A stretch of DNA of 64,000 nt from Mosigvirus mar005p1, in the sequence record OZ035759.1. One strand, given 5' to 3'. The position numbers and the translations under genes are program-made. The number at the start of each line of letters is the position of its first letter. The stretch's first letter is position 1. Under the pieces are notes generated by a model. That model ran no database searches. It was not told the origin of the DNA and saw only the letters and a list, made by a program, of their open reading frames with translations. Positions 27,926 through 37,649 of this stretch are shown here, piece after piece.

Positions 27926-28220
27926 TATAAATTCTCTTTAAATGAAAATGCAGGACTTATTGGCATTGCCTGCGCAAGCCCTCAAGGGGAACATAGGTTT
28001 TGGATATTTAACGACAGGATAACCATAAACCTCGTCATCATACCAACCACGACTTAGACAGATAACCTTTTTCTGACGCGTGATAGTACAAAATACATTC
28101 AAGAGGTACACCGTAAAACTGCCGGGGTCTTAAAACTATAATGATTCGCAAATCATTAATCAGACAGTTCGACGGCTCCTCGATTTTCTAGCCGCACTAA
28201 GGTAGCGAATCACCTAAAAC

Positions 28221-28469
28221 TTATTTAAGGGTAATAACAAAATGACGTACTGCTTTACGAGCTGCAGAAGCCAAAGGCTTAGCATATTTCAGTTCATCTT
28301 TTGCTTCCAGTTCAGAGGCCAAAGCTGCCTGTACCGGGTTCAGATGTTTGAAATATCGCAGGATTTCAAGAGCTTCGGCTTCAACATCAATAGATGCGCC
28401 ATAGTTTTCATGACCATTATTCCATGCGTTTCGTTGCAGTTCAAGAGCGTGTTGTAATTGTTTAATCAT
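28221..28469 (-). CDS. rIII: rIII lysis inhibition accessory protein
   Basis: 82 aa (T4 rIII 82 aa); position beside gene 31. Confidence 0.7.
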   Translation of the reverse strand: MIKQLQHALELQRNAWNNGHENYGASIDVEAEALEILRYFKHLNPVQAALASELEAKDELKYAKPLASAARKAVRHFVITLK

Positions 28470-28585
28470 TTTAAATTCTCAATTCGAGATAATATTTAGT
28501 AGCCACGTTCGTCTGAATTTCACTTCCTTTCGACAAGTCTCTCAGTTGTAGGCTACCGCTTAGAAGAGTGTTCTCTTCATATAGT

Positions 28586-28593
28586 TATTTATA
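28586..28593 (-). promoter_or_regulatory. late promoter-like TATAAATA upstream of rIII
   Basis: Plus TATTTATA directly after gene 31 stop. Confidence 0.35.
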
Positions 28594-28926
28594 TCACTTA
28601 TAAAGACACGGAATAGCTTTATAGTGGCATGTTACGAATTTCTGTTTAATTTCTTTAGGTTGTTTAAGTCCCAAAGCCACAAATGGATGCGGAACATTTC
28701 GAATTTGTCCAACTGGTAGTGGAGTCAAATCACCGACTTCAACAAAACCTTCAGGAACATCAGGACCTACAGAATGAACTACACATAGTTCAGGAACTTC
28801 ACCTTGAACACGTTTACCAATCACAAGTCCTGATTCGGTAACTTCTTCATCACCTGCTTGAGCGGGTTCAGAAACCAGAATGACGTATTCACCAACAGCA
28901 CGAATTGGGAGTTGTACTTCAGACAT
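28594..28926 (-). CDS. 31: co-chaperonin gp31 (GroES analogue)
   Basis: 110 aa (T4 gp31 111 aa). Confidence 0.85.
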   Translation of the reverse strand: MSEVQLPIRAVGEYVILVSEPAQAGDEEVTESGLVIGKRVQGEVPELCVVHSVGPDVPEGFVEVGDLTPLPVGQIRNVPHPFVALGLKQPKEIKQKFVTCHYKAIPCLYK

Positions 28927-28956
28927 CTTATTTCCTTGTTGTTTGACGATAGATTA

Positions 28957-28981
28957 ATAATACCATACTATTCGTAAAGCA
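28957..28981 (-). promoter_or_regulatory. T4 middle promoter (MotA box plus -10) upstream of gene 31
   Basis: Minus-sense taTGCTTTA, 12 bp, TATTAT. Confidence 0.5.
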
Positions 28982-28983
28982 TA

Positions 28984-29292
28984 TTACATAAGAAGCAAAC
29001 GTTCTACCGGAGTACCATCAACCGAAATTACTTTATCAAGGCGGAAAGAACGCCACTGACCTAACTCGGTATCGAATGCTCGAACTGATTCACGAGGTTC
29101 AGAACGAACTTCTGTTGCTGGATTTCTATTTTCATATTTGACTTCAAGTTCATCACGGGAGGCAAACATCGTACGAACATCACCGTTAGCCTTTTCAAAT
29201 ACAACACAATGAACGCCTACAGACAGAATAGTTTTAATACGTTCACGAAGAACCATAGTTTCTTGTTCAGTTAAAATCATATTATTCACCAC
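28984..29292 (-). CDS. hypothetical protein
   Basis: 102 aa; overlaps cd stop. Confidence 0.45.
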   Translation of the reverse strand: MVNNMILTEQETMVLRERIKTILSVGVHCVVFEKANGDVRTMFASRDELEVKYENRNPATEVRSEPRESVRAFDTELGQWRSFRLDKVISVDGTPVERLLLM

Positions 29293-29863
29293 AAAAGTTT
29301 CGAATTTGTTCCCAATTCAGAGAACGAAGATTATTACGAGAGTACTGAATTACTTCAATACCAGCTTGTTTAAGAATGTCTGTCCAATTTTCAGGAGACC
29401 GGTCATATAATTCTGCATATACAACCTTTTTAATGCCTGACTGTGTGATAGCTTTAGTGCAATCAGGACACGGAGAAAGCGTAGTATATAACGTAGCACC
29501 TTCAATAGAATTACCTTTACGAGCAGCAAACAAAATTGCATTCAATTCCGCATGGATTTCGTTATTAGCAGACCATGCACTATGAGCGGCCCGATGTTCT
29601 TTAGCCAAAACAAAATTATCTGCCCGTCCAAATGCTGTAGTGCCTTCTTTATGCCCAGCAACGATGACCGGGCTTGGTTTATTCTTCAACCAACCTTGTT
29701 CGGTAGCATGGTCACAACAGTTTGTACCACCTGAAGGAGACCCATTATAACCCGTAGAGATAATGCGCCCATCTTTTTCAATGACGGCACCAACTTTCCA
29801 TGAACAACATTTTGATTCTTGAGAAATCAGATATGCAATCTGAAGGTATGTGCTAGCTTTCAT
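29282..29863 (-). CDS. cd: dCMP deaminase
   Basis: 193 aa (T4 Cd 193 aa); cytidine/dCMP deaminase zinc motifs HAELNAI and PCPDC. Confidence 0.9.
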   Translation of the reverse strand: MKASTYLQIAYLISQESKCCSWKVGAVIEKDGRIISTGYNGSPSGGTNCCDHATEQGWLKNKPSPVIVAGHKEGTTAFGRADNFVLAKEHRAAHSAWSANNEIHAELNAILFAARKGNSIEGATLYTTLSPCPDCTKAITQSGIKKVVYAELYDRSPENWTDILKQAGIEVIQYSRNNLRSLNWEQIRNFCGE

Positions 29864-30855
29864 TATTGAACCTTATTAATATAAGTTAACAGCTCTTTAG
29901 TTTGTTCCCAACTGATGCACGCATCGGTAACGGAAACGCCATAGGACATATTATCAGAAATTTTTTGATTTCCTTCATGTAGGAATGATTCTATCATAAT
30001 TCCTTTGACCAAATCATTAGCTGCTAAATTTTTACCAATACCAATTTGATTGCTATAATGCCCAGCAGCGTTTGCATGGCTACAGTCAACCATTACATAA
30101 TGATTCAGACCTACTGCACTTGCTTTGTTAGAAGCTTCTTGAATATCAGAAGAATGATAGTTCGGGCCGTTGGTCCCGCCACGCAATACGATATGCGTAT
30201 TCTGATTACCTTCAGCTTCAACAATGCCTACAGTACCATCGACGTCCATACCCATATACCGATGAGGCCAGGCGGCACTATACATCGCGTCTGTAGCTAC
30301 TTTAATAGAACCATTGGTTGCGTTCTTGAAGCCTACGCACATCGGTAGACCTGAAGCAATTTCACGATGTGTCTGACTTTCAGTCGTACGGGCGCCAATA
30401 GCAACCCATGAGAAAATACCAGAAAGATACTTAATCGTGAATGGGTCTAATACTTCAGTTGCTAATGGAAGTCCCATACGTAGAAGTTTACGACACAATG
30501 TTCGTGCAACTATAAGACCGTGGTTCATATCAAAACTTCCGTCAAGATATGGATCATTTACAAGACCTTTCCAACCTACGGTAGTTCGAGGCTTTTCAAA
30601 ATAAACGCGCATCACTAACAGAACATTAGGAAGACGAGTTTGAAGTTCAGCCAGACGTTTGCCGTATTCAACAGCAGCAATAGGGTCATGAATTGAACAA
30701 GGACCTACAACAATAAGTTTGCGTGGGTCTTCACCGTTCATAATCGAATTAACTTGTTCGCGATGAGAAGCCACTTGTGATGCGTAAGCTTCCGACAAAG
30801 GAATAATCTCAGCCAGTTCTTTTGGAGAAATAAGTTTTCCGACGACAGGTAACAT
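29863..30855 (-). CDS. 3-deoxy-D-arabino-heptulosonate 7-phosphate (DAHP) synthase, class I (AroG/AroF/AroH-like)
   Basis: 330 aa; conserved blocks LIVVGPCSIHDP, VMRVYFEKPRTTVGWKGL, AIGARTTESQTHRE, IVLRGG, DCSHAN, ESFLHEGNQ; stop overlaps cd ATG (TAATG). Confidence 0.85.
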   Translation of the reverse strand: MLPVVGKLISPKELAEIIPLSEAYASQVASHREQVNSIMNGEDPRKLIVVGPCSIHDPIAAVEYGKRLAELQTRLPNVLLVMRVYFEKPRTTVGWKGLVNDPYLDGSFDMNHGLIVARTLCRKLLRMGLPLATEVLDPFTIKYLSGIFSWVAIGARTTESQTHREIASGLPMCVGFKNATNGSIKVATDAMYSAAWPHRYMGMDVDGTVGIVEAEGNQNTHIVLRGGTNGPNYHSSDIQEASNKASAVGLNHYVMVDCSHANAAGHYSNQIGIGKNLAANDLVKGIMIESFLHEGNQKISDNMSYGVSVTDACISWEQTKELLTYINKVQ

Positions 30856-30975
30856 AACAATCCTTAGGAGATATAAACAGATTCTGATTCAACAATACCT
30901 TTAACCGGATTAGACAGGCTAAGTTGGTAGTGCTCAGATTTATGACCATTCTCGATAGTAATGAGATAGCTCTCA

Positions 30976-31212
30976 TTATAGTGTTCCATATACTCGAGTT
31001 GCTTCAACTAAACCGTCACTGCCTAATTTAAGGCTAGTAATCTGGTCACCATCTTTAGGATTAACGATTATGAGAAAAGAACGTGGAGATTCTTGAATAA
31101 CTCGTAATGTTGCATCCTGGAAACGTTCAGACACTTTATTGATGAGTGCTTGAGCAAATTCTTTTACTTTAATCTGAAATTCGTGTACTGTAATTGGATT
31201 TTCACTTAGCAT
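30976..31212 (-). CDS. hypothetical protein
   Basis: 78 aa; first gene after an early promoter, upstream of the DAHP synthase gene. Confidence 0.45.
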   Translation of the reverse strand: MLSENPITVHEFQIKVKEFAQALINKVSERFQDATLRVIQESPRSFLIIVNPKDGDQITSLKLGSDGLVEATRVYGTL

Positions 31213-31240
31213 TTCGATTTCCTCATTTGTTGGTAGAGTT

Positions 31241-31270
31241 ATAGTATCACAACTCCACCATGTTGTAAAC
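31241..31270 (-). promoter_or_regulatory. T4 early-type promoter
   Basis: Minus-sense GTTTAC, 18 bp, TGaTACTAT; flanked by imperfect inverted repeat GGTAGAGTT / AACTCCACC. Confidence 0.45.
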
Positions 31271-31272
31271 CA

Positions 31273-31548
31273 TTAAATTGCTTTGCATTCAATTTTTTGT
31301 GTACCGAAATTGATATCACATTGGATAACTAAATCGCCGTCAAGATCAAATACCACTATGACGTGTGCAGACCCAGGGAGAAGAGTAATAGCAATAGAAT
31401 CTACTTGGTCTGGGAGCAAAGCATTGAGTACATGAGTTAGTTGAGCATGAACTCTGAGTTCGGCTGCATTATCAAGCACTTCAAACATATTATTAGCAAT
31501 AATCTGACTGAAGACTACCTTTACAATTTCAGAATAAGTTGGGAACAT
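31273..31548 (-). CDS. hypothetical protein
   Basis: 91 aa ORF. Confidence 0.45.
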   Translation of the reverse strand: MFPTYSEIVKVVFSQIIANNMFEVLDNAAELRVHAQLTHVLNALLPDQVDSIAITLLPGSAHVIVVFDLDGDLVIQCDINFGTQKIECKAI

Positions 31549-31555
31549 AATTACC

Positions 31556-31780
31556 TCAGTGTACAGTATTTACTTTAACTCGAACAACAAATCGCTCGGT
31601 CGGTTCACCTACAGGAACAAACTCTACATGATATTCACCTTTGTAACGAGTATTCAGATCATTACGAATTCCTGCGAGTTTGTTGATTAATGTAGGACTC
31701 ATATTAAGTCCCACTAGTTTACGAAGCATTTTGTATGCTTCATCTTCGATTTCATGATGTTTATCGTACATAGTTTTCAT
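31556..31780 (-). CDS. hypothetical protein
   Basis: 74 aa ORF. Confidence 0.45.
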   Translation of the reverse strand: MKTMYDKHHEIEDEAYKMLRKLVGLNMSPTLINKLAGIRNDLNTRYKGEYHVEFVPVGEPTERFVVRVKVNTVH

Positions 31781-31951
31781 TTAACCATTCAATTGCTTGG
31801 TCGACGTTATCAAATATACCACCGTCCAAACGTTCTTCATGCTCATAGTCCAGCACATCAATACCGAACTGTCCATTTACTAAAGGCCAGGCTACAAACA
31901 AATATTCTTTATGCTGTTCGATGGCCTCAATCACTTCATATAATCGTTTCA

Positions 31952-31952
<1 letters not shown>
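31761..31952 (-). CDS. hypothetical protein
   Basis: 63 aa; start overlaps pseT stop. Confidence 0.4.
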
Positions 31953-33038
<1,086 letters not shown>

Positions 33039-33039
<1 letters not shown>

Positions 33040-33338
33040 TATTTTATTCCTAAGAAAGTTTCAAGAATACGAATGTTATGCTCGCGCCGGTCTTTATTAA
33101 TTTCAGCAACGTTTTTATTAATTGACGTACTTCTAACGTTTGAAGAAATAAATTTAATCATATGACTTTTGAGTTGTTGCAAATCCAACCCTTTTTCTTT
33201 AGCAGCTTTACGAAGAGCTTTACCTGCTTCATCTAGTGCTTTTGCCGCATCTTTATCATAATTGCCAAGTGACATTCCGCGGCAGATATCAATATACTCA
33301 TCAGACCGTTTGACGTAATTCTCTAGTAATGTTTTCAT
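33039..33338 (-). CDS. hypothetical protein
   Basis: 99 aa; first gene after an early promoter. Confidence 0.45.
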
Positions 33339-33366
33339 TTAGATTTCCTCAATTATCCATAGGAGC

Positions 33367-33396
33367 ATTATACTCTGCTCCCGAGAGTTTGTAAAC
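33367..33396 (-). promoter_or_regulatory. T4 early-type promoter
   Basis: Minus-sense GTTTAC, 18 bp, TATAAT; -10 flanked by GGAGC / GCTCC. Confidence 0.45.
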
Positions 33397-33620
33397 TATT
33401 TTACTAAAGATTCAATATACTCATGAAGAGCTTTAGTCGCTACTGCCCACTTATTCTGATATTCATTTTTCAGATTAGCACGAGACTGAACTAACAAGCG
33501 GTCATTAGTCGGAGGCAAAGATTCTAATCGTTGAATCTGGCGCCCATAAATCATAGCCGCCATTTCAGATTCATAGATAAGCCCTTTAATGTATTCATGC
33601 TGTTCTTTAGTCATTGGCAT
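33396..33620 (-). CDS. hypothetical protein
   Basis: 74 aa ORF. Confidence 0.45.
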   Translation of the reverse strand: MPMTKEQHEYIKGLIYESEMAAMIYGRQIQRLESLPPTNDRLLVQSRANLKNEYQNKWAVATKALHEYIESLVK

Positions 33621-33901
33621 TTTTCCTCTTTTAAACCACTACGATAATAACATAACATAGTCTTCTGGTCATGTATATATCTTTTTACGTCGTTTAACCA
33701 GATACGAAATTCTTGAGAGTCTTCAAATGGCATTCCAACCCACGGATTACCATCAATAACCTTTACTTGCCATTTCTGGTTGTATTCGGAAATAGGCGTA
33801 GGCCATGAAGGATGTAAAGTTTCTTTAGGGCTTACTGGCACATCCTGAGTACATCCAACTAGGAGACCAATAGATAATACAACTGCGGTTAATTTAATCA
33901 T
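33611..33901 (-). CDS. outer-membrane lipoprotein, o-spanin candidate (T4 pseT.2 position)
   Basis: Signal peptide with lipobox LVGC at the N-terminus; Cys-containing periplasmic part; overlaps the upstream ORF by 4 nt. Confidence 0.6.
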   Translation of the reverse strand: MIKLTAVVLSIGLLVGCTQDVPVSPKETLHPSWPTPISEYNQKWQVKVIDGNPWVGMPFEDSQEFRIWLNDVKRYIHDQKTMLCYYRSGLKEEKCQ

Positions 33902-34254
33902 TCCGAGAGCTTCCTGAGGTCTTCTGCAAAGGAATCGAAGGACCTGTTGATTTGTTTTTCGACCAATCCTGGCTTACTTGCCACCACGTTCTTCTTCTTC
34001 GAATCCTTACGGAGCTTTTCATTTTCAGCCTTAAGTTGGTCAACTAAAACACGGTTCTTATAAGTCATTTCTTCGATTGACTGATATTGAATCTTGAAGT
34101 CGTCTAATACTTTAGCATTGTTTTTAGCAGTCTCTTTAACAGAAGCCAATTCAGTATTCAGCGAATCGACTTTATGGTTCAGAAATGCTATTGTTACAGT
34201 AGCAACAACTGCAAAAGCTGCCACTACAATATATGATGCATTTACTTTAAGCAT
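33898..34254 (-). CDS. inner-membrane i-spanin candidate (T4 pseT.3 position)
   Basis: N-terminal hydrophobic helix followed by a charged coiled-coil-like domain; directly upstream of the lipoprotein. Confidence 0.6.
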   Translation of the reverse strand: MLKVNASYIVVAAFAVVATVTIAFLNHKVDSLNTELASVKETAKNNAKVLDDFKIQYQSIEEMTYKNRVLVDQLKAENEKLRKDSKKKNVVASKPGLVEKQINRSFDSFAEDLRKLSE

Positions 34255-34742
34255 GTTTGAATAATCTCAATGATTTCGTCTCGGGATAATCCATTGATAA
34301 GAACTGTTTTAGGCCCGTCAGTTTGGATTTTGTATGATTCAAACAATACACACAACTCTTCTGCTGTATGATATGGGCTTGAGATTCCGAGACGGTTGAA
34401 TTTGTCGGTAAGAGGGTCGCAAATAATATAGAATTTGATACCTGCGATATGTACGTTTGGTTGACTAATATTAATGAACACATTAGCGTCATATTTAGTC
34501 AAATTGTTTTGAAGAAATTCTACCATAGCATTAACTGCTTCTGGCATCGCTTCGCGTTTCTCTTCAGCGTATCGGGTTGAATACTCTTTTTGTTTTACTT
34601 TCTTTTTAAGATTTTTGGCCAGTGTAACACGTAGGTCAGTAAGATAACCAACTGGACGTCCTTTCTTAAAGACCCGGATTCCGTCAGTTGTGTCTCCAAA
34701 AGCGTTTACGACCATATCGTTAGTAATCAATTGCATATTCAT
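34242..34742 (-). CDS. alc: Alc-like inhibitor of host transcription
   Basis: Internal ATG 34742 (MNMQLITNDM) gives 166 aa (T4 Alc 167 aa); track start 34784 lies upstream of the early promoter; position between the spanins and rnlA. Confidence 0.55.
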   Translation of the reverse strand: MNMQLITNDMVVNAFGDTTDGIRVFKKGRPVGYLTDLRVTLAKNLKKKVKQKEYSTRYAEEKREAMPEAVNAMVEFLQNNLTKYDANVFINISQPNVHIAGIKFYIICDPLTDKFNRLGISSPYHTAEELCVLFESYKIQTDGPKTVLINGLSRDEIIEIIQTCLK

Positions 34743-34771
34743 AATTTTCTCCTCGTGTTGTTGATAAACCC

Positions 34772-34801
34772 ATAGTATCACCATCCTTGGTGTTTGTAAA
34801 C
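34772..34801 (-). promoter_or_regulatory. T4 early-type promoter
   Basis: Minus-sense GTTTAC, 18 bp, TGaTACTAT. Confidence 0.45.
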
Positions 34802-34803
34802 CG

Positions 34804-35937
<1,134 letters not shown>

Positions 35938-35954
35938 TCAGTTAGTTTTTTTAA

Positions 35955-35984
35955 ATTGTACCACAATCCTTGTGGCGTGTAAAC
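35955..35984 (-). promoter_or_regulatory. T4 early-type promoter
   Basis: Minus-sense GTTTAC, 18 bp, TGgTACAAT. Confidence 0.45.
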
Positions 35985-36394
35985 TACTTTTTCTTATGTT
36001 GGATATTCCAAGGCGGGTTGAACTTTTTGATAAAAAGCGGTTCTTCAAGGTCCATTGTTGCGATGGTCATTGAACCAAGTTCGTTGGTGACTGAAAGGTC
36101 AAAACATTGGCGGGCCCAGAATTCAACCTTTTTGCCTTGCATTAAGGCATCCAAAATCATAAGTGATTTTCTTGAATCTGAAGTCTGGTCTTTTCGATTT
36201 ATGGCTGTTCGATAATAGTTAATGCGTTTCTTTAAATTCTTGGTTTTACCAATATACACAAGTTCGTCATCTATAGCAATAGCATATATGACATTTTTCT
36301 TATTAGGGACATCAACTGTTTTAATTGTTGCATCTTCTAATAGCTCCAATTCTGTATATTTAATAAAGGAATATTCGGCGGCGATATCTTTCAT
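35984..36394 (-). CDS. denA: endonuclease II (GIY-YIG family)
   Basis: 136 aa (T4 EndoII 136 aa); VIYAIAIDDELVYIGKT GIY-YIG-like motif; between nrdB and rnlA. Confidence 0.7.
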   Translation of the reverse strand: MKDIAAEYSFIKYTELELLEDATIKTVDVPNKKNVIYAIAIDDELVYIGKTKNLKKRINYYRTAINRKDQTSDSRKSLMILDALMQGKKVEFWARQCFDLSVTNELGSMTIATMDLEEPLFIKKFNPPWNIQHKKK

Positions 36395-36402
36395 AATAAA
36401 GT

Positions 36403-36416
36403 GGGACCGAAGTCCC
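36403..36416 (-). other. GC stem-loop with UUCG loop between nrdB and denA
   Basis: GGGAC-TTCG-GTCCC on the minus strand directly after nrdB stop. Confidence 0.4.
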
Positions 36417-36420
36417 GTCC

Positions 36421-37599
36421 TTAGAAATATTTTTTGTATGAATTGATTACATTTTGGTCTACATCATTATCAATTTGTGCGACAAGATAAGAACTGATTT
36501 CAACTTCCTGAGGAGCTGCTTGAACTAAATCAGAGTTCAGATATTCACGAATCCAAGGATACGGATGCTTGGTCGGAGCATCAGTGATTGGGCATGGCAA
36601 ACCACACTGTTTCATACGAGACACAGTCAAGTAATCAACAAAAGCGCACATACTCTGCGTATTGATACCTGGACATGTACCATCTTTAAAGAGGTGTGCA
36701 GCCCATTCCTTCTCTTGACTATTTACTTCCATAAAAATGTCAACTGCTTCTTGTTCACATTCTTTAGCAATTTGAACCCACTCATCACCGTCAGTACCAG
36801 ATTGAAGTTGACGGATAATGTACTGAGTACCCTTGAGATGGAGTTGTTCGTCACGAGCAATGAACTTCATAATCTTTGCATTACCTTCCATAATTTCCAT
36901 ATTTTTATGGAAGTTGAAAGTACATGCAAATGATACATAAAAACGAATAGCTTCTAAGGCGTTAATAACGTGTAAGCAGAGATAAAGAGACTTCATTAAT
37001 GCACGTTTACATTCTTCCACATGCATAAGACTATTTGAATATGCATCCAAATCATATTCATTTTCGGAAAAACATTTAAAAATTTCTTTAGCATTTTCCC
37101 ATTCACGTGTTTTAACTAGAACATCATCATAATATTTGCCGATTGATTCCGCACGTTTCATAATTGCTTCATCTAATACAATCTCATCAAATACCTTCGA
37201 TGGATCAGTATAAAGATTTCGCATGATATGAGTATATGAACGAGAGTGAATGGTTTCACTGAATGTCCATGTAGCAACCCATGTATCTAATGAAGGGTCG
37301 GAAAGCAATGCCATAAGTACCGCAGATGGTGCCCTGCCTTGGATAGAATCCAATAATGATTGATACTTAAGGTTGTTCGTAAAGATGTTCTGTTGGAACT
37401 GTGGAAGCTTATTGAACTGCGCAGAGTCCAACATCAAGTTTACCTCTTCAGGGCGCCAAAAAAATGACAATTGCTTTTCAATAAGCTCTTCAAAAACTTT
37501 ATGGCGTTGAATATCGTAACGCGCCAGACCAAGACCGGAACCAAAGAACATTGGTTCATTCAAAACATCAACTTTTTGGGTATTAAAAACTGTACTCAT
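36421..37599 (-). CDS. nrdB: ribonucleotide reductase small subunit, uninterrupted
   Basis: 392 aa continuous ORF (T4 NrdB 388 aa); no intron. Confidence 0.9.
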   Translation of the reverse strand: MSTVFNTQKVDVLNEPMFFGSGLGLARYDIQRHKVFEELIEKQLSFFWRPEEVNLMLDSAQFNKLPQFQQNIFTNNLKYQSLLDSIQGRAPSAVLMALLSDPSLDTWVATWTFSETIHSRSYTHIMRNLYTDPSKVFDEIVLDEAIMKRAESIGKYYDDVLVKTREWENAKEIFKCFSENEYDLDAYSNSLMHVEECKRALMKSLYLCLHVINALEAIRFYVSFACTFNFHKNMEIMEGNAKIMKFIARDEQLHLKGTQYIIRQLQSGTDGDEWVQIAKECEQEAVDIFMEVNSQEKEWAAHLFKDGTCPGINTQSMCAFVDYLTVSRMKQCGLPCPITDAPTKHPYPWIREYLNSDLVQAAPQEVEISSYLVAQIDNDVDQNVINSYKKYF

Positions 37600-37615
37600 T
37601 ATATTCTCTCAATAG

Positions 37616-37633
37616 TGACTCATCCATGAGTCA
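37616..37633 (-). promoter_or_regulatory. 18 bp palindrome in the nrdB 5' leader
   Basis: TGACTCAT-CC-ATGAGTCA, 17-34 nt upstream of nrdB ATG. Confidence 0.4.
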
Positions 37634-37649
37634 ATTATAAACAAAATTC

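Noticed and set aside
27926-28220. Possible tRNA gene in the ORF-free stretch
   Set aside because: No acceptor/T-arm pairing or GTTCGAATC-like T-loop could be fitted by eye; kept only as an unexplained region.
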